Positions 27,725 through 40,469 of a DNA stretch of 64,000 nt are shown one piece after another. Source of the DNA: Marsupella aquatica. Taxonomy: Eukaryota; Plantae; Marchantiophyta. Made by a program: the position numbers and the translations under genes. The stretch is from NCBI GenBank assembly GCA_973895155.1, contig OZ316892.1, positions 6,865,251 through 6,929,250 on the forward strand, read 5' to 3'. Each line of letters starts with the position of its first letter. Positions within the stretch are counted from its first letter, which is position 1. Under the pieces are notes generated by a model, which saw only the letters and a list, made by a program, of their open reading frames with translations, made no database searches and was not told where the DNA came from.

Positions 27725-28250
27725 CAACAACGCCAGAGGAGCGGGCAGCCGGGAGAAGTTTATCACCGGGCAAGTTTTCCCGGCTCGGGCCCGGTCCGGC
27801 GAGCCGAAGTTCCGAACGAACGAGAGCAGAGAGAGAGGGGGTTCCGGGGCAGGTTCCGTGGGCACCCGGGCAGAGCCTTATTATGATTTTCGTCGCTGGA
27901 GGAAGACCGACAGCACTTGACCCGAGGCGAGAACAAATTGACCGGGCAGACGGGCAGAAGGGCAGAGTGGTTCGGTAAGTAACCCCTCCGTCGAGGTAAG
28001 GGCAGCGCCGGGCAGGTTTGGCAGCGTGCTGGTCTGTTGTTCGCGCCCGCGGGCACACGGGCAGGAGAGGGGCGTGCCCTTGTACAGAGACGTATGGCAA
28101 CGGGCATGGAATGATTTTGTCCCACTGTAGGCAACCGGTCCCTCGCTGCACCCCATGGCGGACCGGGCGCTATGATTGGCCAGCATCGGCGGTGCTAATG
28201 TGCTATCCTTTTCCCCACGAGTCGAGAGCAATAGTGGAGCCTCGGGAATT
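27725..28250. promoter_or_regulatory. CpG/GC-rich non-coding island rich in (C)CGGGCAG motifs; candidate distal cis-element
   Basis: Sharp rise in CpG content relative to the flanks. GACCGGGCAG at 27940 is identical to copies in the CCT upstream region. No credible ORF or TIR seen. Function is inferred only. Confidence 0.4.
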
Positions 28251-29651
28251 GAGTTGCTGTTCATGAAAGATTACGGGGTTTGGTAATTTTTTTAAGACTG
28301 TTTAAGGTTTGCCTTTTTCACAGGGTGACAAATGTCACAAGAATACACTAGTAAGAAGGAGAAGATGCTAAGAATGTTTTGTATCTGATTTCGTTACATT
28401 AGTTTTTATGGCAAAAATATCGTTATTTTAGCATTATGGTCTCTACCAATCCTACATGGAAAGGAATGGGCCAAAATAAATGCTCATGTGTAATGCTTAT
28501 TTTATCTAGAAGTTTTAATCATCTTCATAAGTAGCCAAATATTTTCTCCTTCCTTCAAAGGATTTACATTTACTGAACTTCATTTCCAAATATTTTTGTC
28601 TCAAGCCTATCTTTGGAGTGCTCCAGTTTGTTTGTGCAACAAGCGCACAAAACATCTTGTAAAGTCAAGCTTATCCATGGTATGCACTACCCAATAAGTG
28701 CACAGGGAGTTAAGTCTATGCAGGTCTGGTTGTGCCCAATTACAGAACTGCAACAAATGCAAGTTGAGCACTTAGAGCAAGAAATTTGGGCTCTACCACC
28801 TCCATTTCCATTCTAAGCCTGGCCTCCATGCTCAATGTCTTTGCCTCCCAATCACTCTGAGTTTGGTTCATTATAGTCTGGAATTGCTATTTCATTGTGA
28901 ACTTTGCGTCTCGGGTTTGCACAATAAAAGCTGACAGTCGTATATATATTTAAACTACACTCAGGGATTTAAACAGAATAATGGGGGGTATCTTGGTATG
29001 GAGTATGTAATGACATAAGACAGGGTATACTGTGTCACATTTTGTTGTGCAATTACCGGGACGTGTGAACTTGCTGTCTGGTGATCTGGTCCCACACCTT
29101 AAAGTCCTCGTACCCTAAACCCTCGTCCAGCACCTTAGGAACTGAATAAGTACATGTAAGTACTTTACATAATCATTGCGAACTCTTATCAATAAAAGCT
29201 TCTGGTGTACTCTCTATGATAAATGCATATGTACACTCATAAATGGAAATGCACTTATATATCTGTTCTCTAGTTAAGGTCAAGATGCACTTATGAAAAG
29301 TGGACTTTTTGTGTGTTGAGGCGAAATATATTGTGACATTGGGGGACCACTACATGACCAGGCTGCCCTTAATTACCAAATGCATTTATCCAGGTTGCTC
29401 TTGTAATTGACCAGTCTGGACCACCGTGGGCATGTATACTACTGTAGACGACATTGGACCTAACCAGAGTTTCCTCTGCCTAAGTACACACTCCATAATT
29501 GCAAACCTTGGCTTATTGCAAGGTGGACTTTATGTTCTTACTGTTACCTGTTGTTTGCACTCTTTCATAAGTGGAACAACGTCCCTGCATTAGACCCAGC
29601 AAAGCAGGGCAAATAAGGGACCCTTACCAGTTCATTTTGATATTTATGCTT

Positions 29652-30010
29652 GCCACCTTTGGTCCAATTGTTAGATGCTGCCCATTGCTACAATCCATTC
29701 ACCCCCATTTCCCCACCTTCGGTCCCATTGTTATGCTGCCCATTGCTACAATCCTTCAGGTGATAAGTTAGTGACCTCCATTTTGCCACCTTCAGTTCCA
29801 TTGTGACATGCTACCCATTGCTACAATCCATTCAGGTGATAAGAAAGTGATCTCCATTTGCCTCCTTCAGTCCCATTGTTAATTGCTACCCACTGCCAGA
29901 TTCCATTCAGGTGATAAGAAAGTAACCTACATTTTGGCACCTTCAGTCCCATTGTTAGATGCTGCCCATAGCCAGATTCCATTTAGATGATCAGAAGTGA
30001 ACTCCAGTTT
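29652..30010. repeat. Minisatellite, about 5 units of ~60-77 bp
   Basis: Repeats of CCACCTTCAGTCCCATTGTTAGATGCT(G/A)CCCATTGCTACAATCCATTCAGGTGATAAG. Confidence 0.9.
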
Positions 30011-31786
30011 TTTCTAAAGTGTCAAGTAATTTGTGTGCAAAGGGCTTTGGTTAACCTCACTTTGAGGTGGTGGTTTGTGCAAAAAGATAACCTAATTATG
30101 TACCTTATGTACCTTGAACATGAACTTGGAACCTCACTTTACAATGAAAGACTCCTACCACTGGGCTACACTTGTTAGGACAACTAATGTATTAAGTGAA
30201 TCCTTGGGTAACATTCAGAAACTGCAGAGACCCAAAATGGGTTTTCCAGGAATGCTGTTCCAGAATGTTGTAATGAGATGGAGGGAAGGCTTGGAAATCC
30301 ACAACACACTAGCCAAGGTTAGATGTAGGGTAATCCCCCGGGACCCATGGCCTGGAGGGGGTTAATATATGCTTTCATTGGCAAAGGCGGTGAACCCAAA
30401 GGGAGTTACAGCCATGGCCCCCAAACAGGCCATGGGTTAGCAAGTGTAACCCCTGACACAATCTTTACACATAATATGTTCTGAAACTTTAAGTCTCGAT
30501 GAGGCTGGCTTGGATTATGAGATTTGGAACCCCCAGGCCAAGCTGGCTAGAGGGTCACATCTGGGGACTTCCCTTGAAACTGCAAAGGACAAAAAAGGGA
30601 GGGGGTTGGGGTGGGCAGAATAGACCAAGCAATGGAAAGCTAATAACGCCTAACCAGAGTAGGGTAGAGAGGGCAGGGCAAGAGTAGGCAATGAGATCCA
30701 TGCACCACATAAGGCCGTGTGCACATGCACTAACTTGGTCTCCATACCCATCCCGTAATGCACTTTTACACATTTGCACCATAAAATATCAAGGGGTTGC
30801 TTTTTGCCTTTGTTGTATAGTAGCACTTGTACAGTGAAATGTACACAAATTGTACATTTGTGCTAATCATGTCTTGCACTGATCAATTATTAGTTCTCGA
30901 GTAAAATATATAAGTTGGGGTATCTTCCCAAAAGGACTAGCACCAAGATCTTTGTCATTGTTGTATAAAAGCCATTATTTTGCAAACTGCATAGCGAGAG
31001 CCTACACTGTTCCCACTGATTCTGGTGACGCAGATTTTTGGCTACACTCATGAATTTGTGTTACCTAGAAAAACTTTACATGCAACTATTCTTATTTCTC
31101 TGCCCAATGGAAAGACGGTGAGTACCCCGGGTAAGGCTAGAAAATCATTCACTTCTACGAGTCATGAGAAGCACAATCAATACGCATCGTGTTGTGCCTT
31201 TTGTTCTTTGCGAACTGGTATCGGCAACTGGCTGCAGCCAGTCCATCTGAGCTCTCACCGATACTTTCCACAGCAACAAAAGTGCATGGTTTTTTAACCT
31301 GCAGTTTGGTAATGGCGGGTGCATGAACAGTGCAAACCCGTCGCACTAACTTACCCCATAACCAATGGCAAATCCAAATGGTGGGAAAGAAAAGCAAAGC
31401 ACAATTGAACCCTCACCTACTGCACTCGCCAGAGCCAAATACATTGAATCAAAGAATGAAGATGACTGAATGCCATGAATGTGTGAGGAACTGAAGGCAA
31501 TCATGTACACAGTCTGCACAATGAGGACTTTAGGGATGTCAGTCTGCTTGCACAATTTTGTGAAGTCACTACATTGACGACAGTCTGGTACGCCTGATGA
31601 AAGTACCCTTGCACACTGTACATTTCAATTCAACCAAGACTCTCTGCGATTTGGATGAAGAAAGAATGCACCAATGTTGTGTGCTTAGCTGTTGAATTAG
31701 AAGTCCAGCGGAACAAGAATACACCGGAATGTCAGTTTTCCAGTACTAATTTCATTTTTTTCATTGATGTGGAGAATCAGTACGCA

Positions 31787-34700
31787 ATGGCGGACCTTGG
31801 CTGTTTTGATCACAATCTTCACACGACTATCGAAGAAGGCCACATTCCGTGCCACAGCCTTATCGTTCAAACCTATCGCGATTCAGATGTGATAGAACTC
31901 AGGTTACTACCGATGACTTGGAATGGGTGAAGAACGAAGCTTTCATTCCCAAGTCAAGGCTCGTTGATCTTCTAAGAAACAAGACCTGGTTTCAACACTT
32001 GTTTCAAAGTGCAGGGCACCAAAAGAAGGAATGAACATGCTGGAACTGTGGAAGTGAGACACTGGTGTAGTTATGGTCCGAGAGATGACAAGGTGAATGT
32101 TAGCCCTACATTGCTCTCTGAAGGAAAGATGGAATCACAGGACAGGTCCCCATGAAAAGAAGTACCAAAATTGGAGCCAGTTTTAGAAGGGGTTGTAGAT
32201 GGCACTTTACTGCCATCTTCAAGTATAAGGAGCGTGCTCATGACGTGCTCTTATGGATGCATTGCAGAGAACACTGGGACAGTGCACAACAAATCTGCCA
32301 TGGTATGCACAACCCTATAGCATTACAACACGCGCACACATTGCTCCACGTATCTCAATGGAGCTCAGGGAAAGTATTGAGAGGCTGCTTAGGACTGGGG
32401 TGTCTCCTACAGGCATCATGAAAATGCACAGAGAGGAACTTAGAGTACAGTATCGGACAGACCACCCAGCAGATGATGACCAGGTGATTTGGTCTAGAGA
32501 TATGTGTTTGTCCCTAAAAGATATACACAATGTCCAAAGGGAGGTCAACATGCAATACAAACATTGCAGGTCAAAGTATTCTACTGGTTTGAAGTTGTGG
32601 GTTGAGGCAAATGGTGGCAACGCGCTATTTTACCAAGAGCTAGTTGACTCCACTAAGACCCCATTCATTTTTGTTTTTGCCACTGAGTGGATGATGTCTA
32701 AAATGGCAACTCTTGGGCGCAACAATGTTGTTGCACTAGATGGAACTTTTGGCACTAATGAGTATTGGGTGAGTTGTTTTAATCATTCTTCATCCATGCC
32801 TTCTTGTTACATTTTGCTTTTTTGCATGACTGACGTCCCCCTTCTATTAATTGGGTGTTTACACATGTTGTATAAATTGACTAACCTTAACTCTATAGCT
32901 TCAACATATGCAGTATGAACTACACACCTTGTTGTGTTTTGATGAATGGCAAAATGGGATCCCAACTTGTTGGGCTTTGACTGAATCTAAAGCAGAAGCA
33001 GATTTGAGGATTGTTCTTGAGGCTGTGAAAGGAGCCGTTGAACGAACTAGGACTGAAGTTCTGAAATTTGAGGACATGTAGATGCCCTCTGCATTTCTTG
33101 TTGATTGTGCTGATGAAGAGCACAATGCCTTGATGTAAGTGACACACCTTCCTCTTTTTGTGTTTTCGTCCCTCCTTGCTTAAATGTAACAATGATTTTA
33201 TTTGGAGTTTATGTCATGCATGTCAAAAATTGTCATTTCTTAACATTGTCCACTCCAACCCACATTCACCAGTTAGACTAAGCAGCACGCCCTGATCGAT
33301 TCCGAACATGAAGTTACTTTTTCAAAACGATGCCTCCTTCCCTTAGAATCCAGAATTTTCATACCTTACCCTTCCGTTGTACTTTTTGCTCAAAAAGTCC
33401 CAAACCGCCCCCCCCGCCCCGCCCCCACTTTAGAGCCACGTTCAAAAATTGCCGGTTTTTGAACATTGTCCACTCCAACCCACATTCAAACCCCCACTTT
33501 AGAGCCACTGCGTCAACAAATGTCATTTTTTTAAGTGTCTCCACTCCAAGTCATTTATGAATTTTGCATACCCTACCCTCCCTTATGTATTATTTTGTCA
33601 AAATGTACCAAACCCCATTCTTTAATGTTGAGCCACCTGAAGTACCCCTGAAGTACCACTTTCATGAGTTTCATACTTTTGCAGGTCACTATGGCCTGGA
33701 GTCCCTATTGTTTTGTGTTTGTGGCATGTCCGACATGCCCAATACAAAAACATCTTGAGGAAAATTCCAGACCCTGTTTCCAGGGCCGAGGTGAATAAGG
33801 AGTTGGGCGCCATCATGGATGCACTTGCAACAGGTACACTTTGGACTGGGTTGCACTACATTGTCTATTGGGGCATGCATGTTTGGACTTGTAACAAAAT
33901 TTAGTTGTGCCACAAACATTTTGTCATTTTTATCATTTTCACACCTTCTTATGCAGATGCAATGAACATGTCCACTAGCTTCATGACAAGGTGGATTGGC
34001 AAACATAGAGACTTTGTGGCATACTATGAGAAAGAATGGCACCATAGAGTGGAGAGGTGGGTGAGAAACTTCAGGAAATTCAAACATGCCAACCAGGACA
34101 CCAATGGAGCAATTGAGAGGTGGCATGCAACTCTTAAATTGCACTTGAGGATGGAAAAGCCTTTCAAGCTAAGTAGGAAGGTGGTATGGCTCGTGACACA
34201 ACTAGTGAATGAGCTAGAACATTTCTTCTGGTGCTTGTCATGTATAAAGTGGCAAGGGAGGGTGAGAAACAAGAATATTGAGAACTATGTCTGGTCGGCC
34301 ATTCTTAGAGCCAGGACAATCCCAGATGGTGATGTCACTTTCTTCACTGACAGTGGAACAGCAATGGTGAAGTCTCAAACTCCACCGAAGACCAACAGTC
34401 ACATATTGGAGAACTATGACAGTGAAGACTGTGTTTGCACTTGTGATAGCTCGATCCAGGGGAACACTTGTAAACATCAAGTGAAGATTCTGAGTATGAA
34501 TGGAATGAGTGAAATTGACATACGTATTGCAGAGATTTGGCACACAATTTTGGCAGCATGGTAGCATGGGTCACTTGCACATTCGAGAGACCTGCGTTCG
34601 GTGAATTGTTTGAGGACGTTGAACTGCCTGTTAGATATTGCTCTAGTCTTGTGACTCATGAGCTAACCACATTTAGTCTAACTCGAGTTAGGACTAAGCT

Positions 34701-35816
34701 AATGTTAGCGGTAGTGCTATTGTGTATTAAGCCAGGGCTGATGCCAGACCCTGGGTGGAACTTAGGCTCATTGTTACGGAGCTAGTTGAGAGATAGGGAG
34801 AGTTTGTGCTGTGGATGCTTGGTATGGCCAGTCGGCCTAGAGTGCAATAAAGCTCTTGTGTGTTCCCGTGGACGTAGCCTCATGTGGAGGTGAACCACGT
34901 ATCTCTTTGTGTCGACTCTTGTGCGTTGGATGGTTCATGGGCTTGCCGTTGCGAATGTCGTCTATGCTCAACACTGCCCACGTGTTTCAACATCACCCTC
35001 CCAATGGACAATAGTGATGCAGGAGATGAGAACTCAACAGGGAAGCAAGATGGAAGATCAGAGCCTGTGGAAGCATTCATGGACGATGATTTCACTCAAG
35101 TTTTGCTTGAGATAATTCTCAATTGTGATGGAGACCTGAAGATCAGAAGCATTGCAATGACGAAGCTCAAAAACTGGAGGCATGATGTGAGGAACATTGT
35201 GGCACAAAATGCCAAGAAGCGTGATGGTGTTGTCCGAGCTGCAAAGGCGATGTCCTTCAAGCGAGTAGACGCAGAGAACAGCCAGAAAAGGCATCTCAGC
35301 ATTGTTGATAACATCTACAAAGGATGGAAGCCCCCCTTGGCCACAAAGCAAACACAAGAGCAAAGGGCCATATCAAGAAGGAGAATGCACAGAGAAAAGC
35401 CTTGCCATTCAAAAAGGTTGGAGTGGTGAAGGAAACTACACAAGAGTTTATGGACAGGGTAGCCGAAGACCACCACGCAGGAGGTACACAAACTTGCAGA
35501 ACAAAACAGAAGATCATTACAATGTAAGATGGCACGACAATTCCAGATAAGGCAAAGGAGGGAAGAAGGAATTTCAGAGGTCTGAAGCAATCCATGACTC
35601 TGAACACGACAGTCCAACTGGGTCCTTCTCCAAATGACACGGTTATCCCATTCAAAGTTGTAGATTTGAATGTGCCCTTGGCTAGGGCAATCGATTGGAC
35701 AGCCAATGTGCCATTGAAGATGGTACATCCCTCAAACAATGTCTACGAGACCATGTACAAGAATGCATCAACATTGTTCAGGCAGAAGCAAGAGGCCAAT
35801 GACAAAGAGAACTAGG
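31787..35816 (+). pseudogene. Mutator/MULE DDE transposase with SWIM zinc finger, intron-containing and disrupted; approximate exons 31787-32768, 32914-33134, 33685-33834, 33957-onward
   Basis: RGCRWHF (WRKY/FAR1-like fold remnant). Catalytic ALDGTFGTN, FLVDCADEEHNAL, CLWH and TNGAIERWHATLK. SWIM CVCTCDSSIQGNTCKH. GT-AG junctions. Frameshifts, a TAG in exon 2 and a solo-LTR insertion. The 3' end is uncertain. Confidence 0.88.
34629..34973 (+). mobile_element. Solo LTR (345 bp) of a copia family related to the 45451-52054 element
   Basis: TGTT...AACA ends with 5-bp TSD CTGCC (34624-28, 34974-78). 34755-34973 aligns with the reverse complement of LTR 45451-45665. AATAAA at ~34846. Removing the LTR restores ...DVELP-TCFNITLPM in the transposase tail. 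Confidence 0.93.
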
Positions 35817-36384
35817 ACAATGTAATTCATTCAGTTGCAAACCAATAAAATGACCGTCCATGATAAATATTGAGTCATCTGCCCTATCTTATACATGGAA
35901 ATTGTTGGTGATCATGTCACTTCTTTATTGAATAAGACTTACAAGTCACGATCATGTACCGACCGTGCAATCTTCTAAGTAAGCAAGCTTTGTCATTTGT
36001 CTACACAGCTTAATTTAAGTACTGCTCAAAATTGGTGTGTAGCCCGATGACTCTTGGTGGCACGAGTGGGAAGAGTTCTTTTCCTAAGGTCGAGTGTGGG
36101 AAGGCCTGTGGAGATTCAAGGAGGGTGAAGTTGATTGGCTCTTCCACTGTGCCATGAGAAGACTGCACTGTGGAGTCCAAGCCGGATGCTTAGGGGTTTC
36201 ACTTCCACAAAAATGGCACATCATGTGCGATGAAGGATAGGGTTGTTTTATTGGTTTGAAGGAAAGACTTATAAATTTTTGCAGAAGAACAATTATATGG
36301 TCTTTTAAATTCAATTTTGGGACTTATAAAAATATTAGGGTCTTTCTAACCAAATTTTTGGAATATTCCAAGAATATTCTAACT

Positions 36385-38699
36385 TTATAGGGGTTGACAA
36401 ATAATTTTTTTCTTACATTTAGGGGGTCCAAGGCCAAATGAAGTCTGTGGAGATTGATTTCTCAACTCCCCAATTGTACGGTTAGGGTGGCTTGGAGGTC
36501 GATATGGCCGAGGAGCACAATCGTATTCAAGTTCGTCTGGACCATCTGAATCATCATGGATACCTGTCTGCAATTTACCCTATAAAAATGGGAGAACATC
36601 CGTAAGAGAAAAAGCTGCAGCGTTCACAATCCGTAACTTTTTCAATGTACATGGCAGTAGCCAAAACATACAAAAAGCCAAAGGAGTAGGAGTACATGTT
36701 CGACTGTCGTGTCAGGCGAAGAATCTAGAAAGGATTTACGATGAGTCTGGTAGATGTTGTCTCGAATCCTCTGCAATGTATTGACTTTATGATCTTGTTT
36801 CCAAAATTTATAAGTTCTTTGGGCAGCGACCTTTTGCTCTTTCAATTCAGTACTAGACTCCCACTACAACACCTTCTTCTTGGCTTCCACCCACAACAGG
36901 GCACGGTCGGAATGCGTCCTAAGGATGCCCTTATTAGGTTCATCCATATTTTCAAACCTTTGTGCTGTAATGGGGCCCAAAGCATGACAAGCCACATTCA
37001 GGTGCAGCTGTGCAAAGTAACCTTCGCTGCCAATTTCTTCGTCAATTGCAATAACCGAGTGACACACACGAGGAAGCCACTCAGAACGCAAGTTACTACT
37101 CCCAGCCTTACGAATGAGAGATCTCAATTGACGATATGCTTTGTTATCCAACAAAGAATCCCAAGCATGCATGTGCAAGTCAGGTAGGACTACATGCTTG
37201 ACACACTCTTTGAATGCAGGCATAACCCCAGGATTGGGGGGCAATGGCCTGACTGGGAAGGCCAGGTTTGCCTTTGCATTTATGCAAGAGCAAGAGCGAA
37301 CATATGTTCCTTGGATTCCACGTATGTCTTTGACCCTTGCGCCACAACTCCCGATTTTGCTTGAGTTCTCAAAAAAGTGAGACCAAACATGGTTTTCCAT
37401 CCTGCCTATGTACTTATACTTTCGACAACAAGAGCCCATTGCATAGACAAAGAACCTGTGATATCCGACCCTATCCTTCACCTTTGTGTAATGGAAACCC
37501 TCAATGGCAAGACGCTCTTCCAGCTTGGGACTCCCTGGGCGTGACATCGTAACAGGCAATGGCAGAGTTCAAAACAAGCTTCAATGCAAATTGACAATAT
37601 GAAATGGGAAGGTTCAACTATGGTGCCATACATAGTATAAACTAGAACAAGCAATGGGACATACTGACCTGGCAACACAACTAACACAGAATGTGCTAGG
37701 CTAAACAAGCGCTATCTCCTCTTGAAAGATGAGTTGAAAGATCAGTAGTCAGCTACATTTTTGGGCAGTAGCTATGGCGGCCGCTGCCGGAGGTGCCAGT
37801 CTTCAAGGCAAATTAGACTAATTGCTAAAGTAGAAAACTCTGGCCCAAACAACGTATGAAATACACCAGCAAGAACACCAAACTAATACCTTTGTTGGAC
37901 ATTTCTCAATTTCAGCATAGACACCATCAATTTCTATCGACTGCAGAAGGGACTCCATTTCCTTCACCCTAGCTTTCAAGGCATGAAAATCAGAAGGATC
38001 GAAGGAGCTGCTAGACGCGGCCCCAGGAGTGGGTGACAAAATAGTGTTGTGACCATGAGAATCTACATCATCTAGGGCAGTCCTTGAGCACCCAGACTTC
38101 CAACAAGAGCGAGGCGTACAATGTTAGGTAACTACTCCTTCCCTTAAAAACGACAATCACTGGATTACACCATTATTGTCATGCACACGAACCACAATTT
38201 CAACAAACGGCATCTTGTTGATAATGCCTCAAACCTTGCGCATCCTCCTCTAGAAAGCTGAGATCACTGGCACTTGTATTCCACAGGAAGGCCCTTCCTG
38301 CTTCAAACACAGTGGCACAGAAGGGGTGGGGGGGGGGCAATCTTTGGCAACTCCGCAATCAACAAAAAACAAATCAAACTGGTCCATCCAACATCCTGTC
38401 TCTATGGAGTTACGCCCACATTTGTAAGGTCCTTTGATTGTTTTCAAACACATAGTATTCTTCTTCTCATTGATGTTGGTGTAGGCCAGGTAATTAAACT
38501 TCCTGGGATAAGCATTAGGGGCATCAAAATGGACAATATAGCCAAACAATGGACCAAACGTCACTGTCTGGCCTCCCCTTGTTGCTCTGTGAATTTCTCT
38601 AATCGTCGATCCTCCTGCCGTCTCCATTGAGTCCAGGAAATCTTGAGGCACAATTGTCAGCAGGAATTTGAGACCTTGGAACTTGTTTTGGATGTGCAT
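36385..38699 (-). pseudogene. Degenerate multi-exon gene(s) of unknown function, convergent with the MULE transposase
   Basis: Protein-like minus-strand ORF blocks at 38699-38250, 38039-37818 (coiled-coil-like HALKARVKEMESLL), 37559-36864 (231 aa, continuing in frame past a stop into 36845-36642) and 36573-36385. No family recognised. Confidence 0.5.
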
Positions 38700-40073
38700 A
38701 TTTCAAAATTGATCGAAGCTGTCCTCTGTTCTCTTTGAACTCGTTTGGAACAGTCAAAATTTGAAATGTGTGATCCCTAGGTAGTCCCCGTCTTTCGCCA
38801 GCCCATGGTCGATGTGGGCCGTTGATATTCCAGGTGGGAGCTATCCAGACCGTCTATGACATGGCTTCCTTTAGAAGCCACATGAGTCCCTCATTGTTAG
38901 GCCATTGACGTCCAATTAGGGACAATGTGGGCCGTCAATCTCCACCAATACATGATGCACTGTTCAGCCCATTTCATGTGTTGAAATCTCAGCCTTAGGA
39001 AACCCCTGTTTACATCGGGACCGTTGAGGTAAACCAAAACTAACCAGCGAAAGGGTTCACCCAACCGCACTATTCACTATCCACTATCCACTATCCAAAA
39101 TATAGCAGGAGTAGTGGGAACCAGCTGCGGGAACCAGGTCTGGCTTGACACTATTCATTACCAATACCCTGTTCACAACCATGCTTTGCACAATACTACT
39201 GGCAGCTACCAGAGTTCCTCCAGTGCACCAATCTCAATATTAATTGCTAATCTCGTGAGTTGTAGAAGCTAATTAAAAATCCTTGGGCCAAGCATGAGTC
39301 AATTAGTGTTAACACTAATTAGACGTTGACACTAATAGCAGCAAAGGTGTACAATCCATACTTATCAAACCATACAATATACACACTAGATTTTGGCTTA
39401 TTTGATTTAGAGCATGTTAGGGTTACTTTTTGGACATTAAAGTGATAGGAGCATGTTAGGACTCAAATGTTGCCAGAAATTGTGTGGTATAAACTCCAAC
39501 TAGGATGAAGGTTCCCATAGGAATACTAGTTTTCCAAAGAGATGTCTTGCTTTTCTTGAAATTGTGTCTCAAAATTAGAACCATCCTATTCACACACAAG
39601 GCAGTCTATCTAGACTCATATGTTAATGTTCTCCAATTAATTCAGACATCTGTGTCTCCGCTACTATTCTCAGAATTCATTTTGGAGTCATCTCAGAATT
39701 CATTTTGGAGTCAACCAAAAAATACATGTAATCACACACCTATCCAGCTTCATCATAACAAACTCATTTATTACAAGCCCAATACCTGTGTGTTGCAAAG
39801 AAAATGTCAAGGTGAGGCAAAGAAATGCAAGTAAAACAAGGAAGTGTTGCACACGGGGGGTGCATCAAGATTGCGGTGGTGGATGGGGGCAGGTGGATGG
39901 GAAGAATTTGGGATGGGTCTAGGGGCCATCTAACAGTGAGATAAATAGGTCCATCAACCAACAGCAAGAATGTTTTTGCACCCATAGCTCAATCCGGAAA
40001 CAAACAATGGTGGAATTTTGGCAGGAGTGTGTAGAGAAATTGTGTATTAGACACTAAGAACATGATAGAGTTT

Positions 40074-40469
40074 GAGTAGACGCTCATTTGATTTGGGCCT
40101 GGTTCTTACTGAGGCGGCTGAGAATCTGTATGCGGTTAGTCGCCGTTCTCTTCCGGGTAGGAAATGCACAAGACTTCTTAGGGCATAAACCTGGATTGAT
40201 GAGAGGCGTAGAGGTTGGCTCGCTTTTGGCAGTGGTTGCATTGTAACCGGGGTGTGAGGTGCCTGGTCTCCCATGTGATGTGTGGGTGGTCAGTCACGGC
40301 TCCCTGTGTTTTTGTGTTTGCTGGTCCTTTGCCCTTGGTCTGCCTCTTCACTCGCGGGTTGCCTGGTGGCGGGGTTGAACTTGCGTCTGGTCTTTCGGCC
40401 TTCTCTGTTTGCCCTTCCCGTGGGGTTTTTCGCGGGGAAACTAAATTTATAAAAATTTCTCTTTCAAGG
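40074..40469 (+). mobile_element. 5'-truncated non-LTR (LINE/SINE-type) insertion with an 18-bp TSD
   Basis: AAGAACATGATAGAGTTT at 40056-40073 and 40470-40487. The interior resembles a pyrimidine/G-rich LINE 3' UTR. Strand is inferred. Confidence 0.75.

Larger units (their letters stand above)
30855..39349. mobile_element. Putative full extent of a decayed two-gene Mutator-type DNA transposon
   Basis: Contains the MULE transposase (+) and a convergent unknown gene (-). The right end ...GACACTAATAGCAGCAAAGGTG|TA resembles the right end of the 21330-22650 element. The left end TA|CATTTGTGCTAATCATGTC is a weak inverted match. Boundaries, especially the left, are tentative. Confidence 0.45.

Noticed and set aside
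27466-28266. ORFs of 120-196 aa on both strands
   Set aside because: Explained by high GC content; no recognisable motifs or splice structure.
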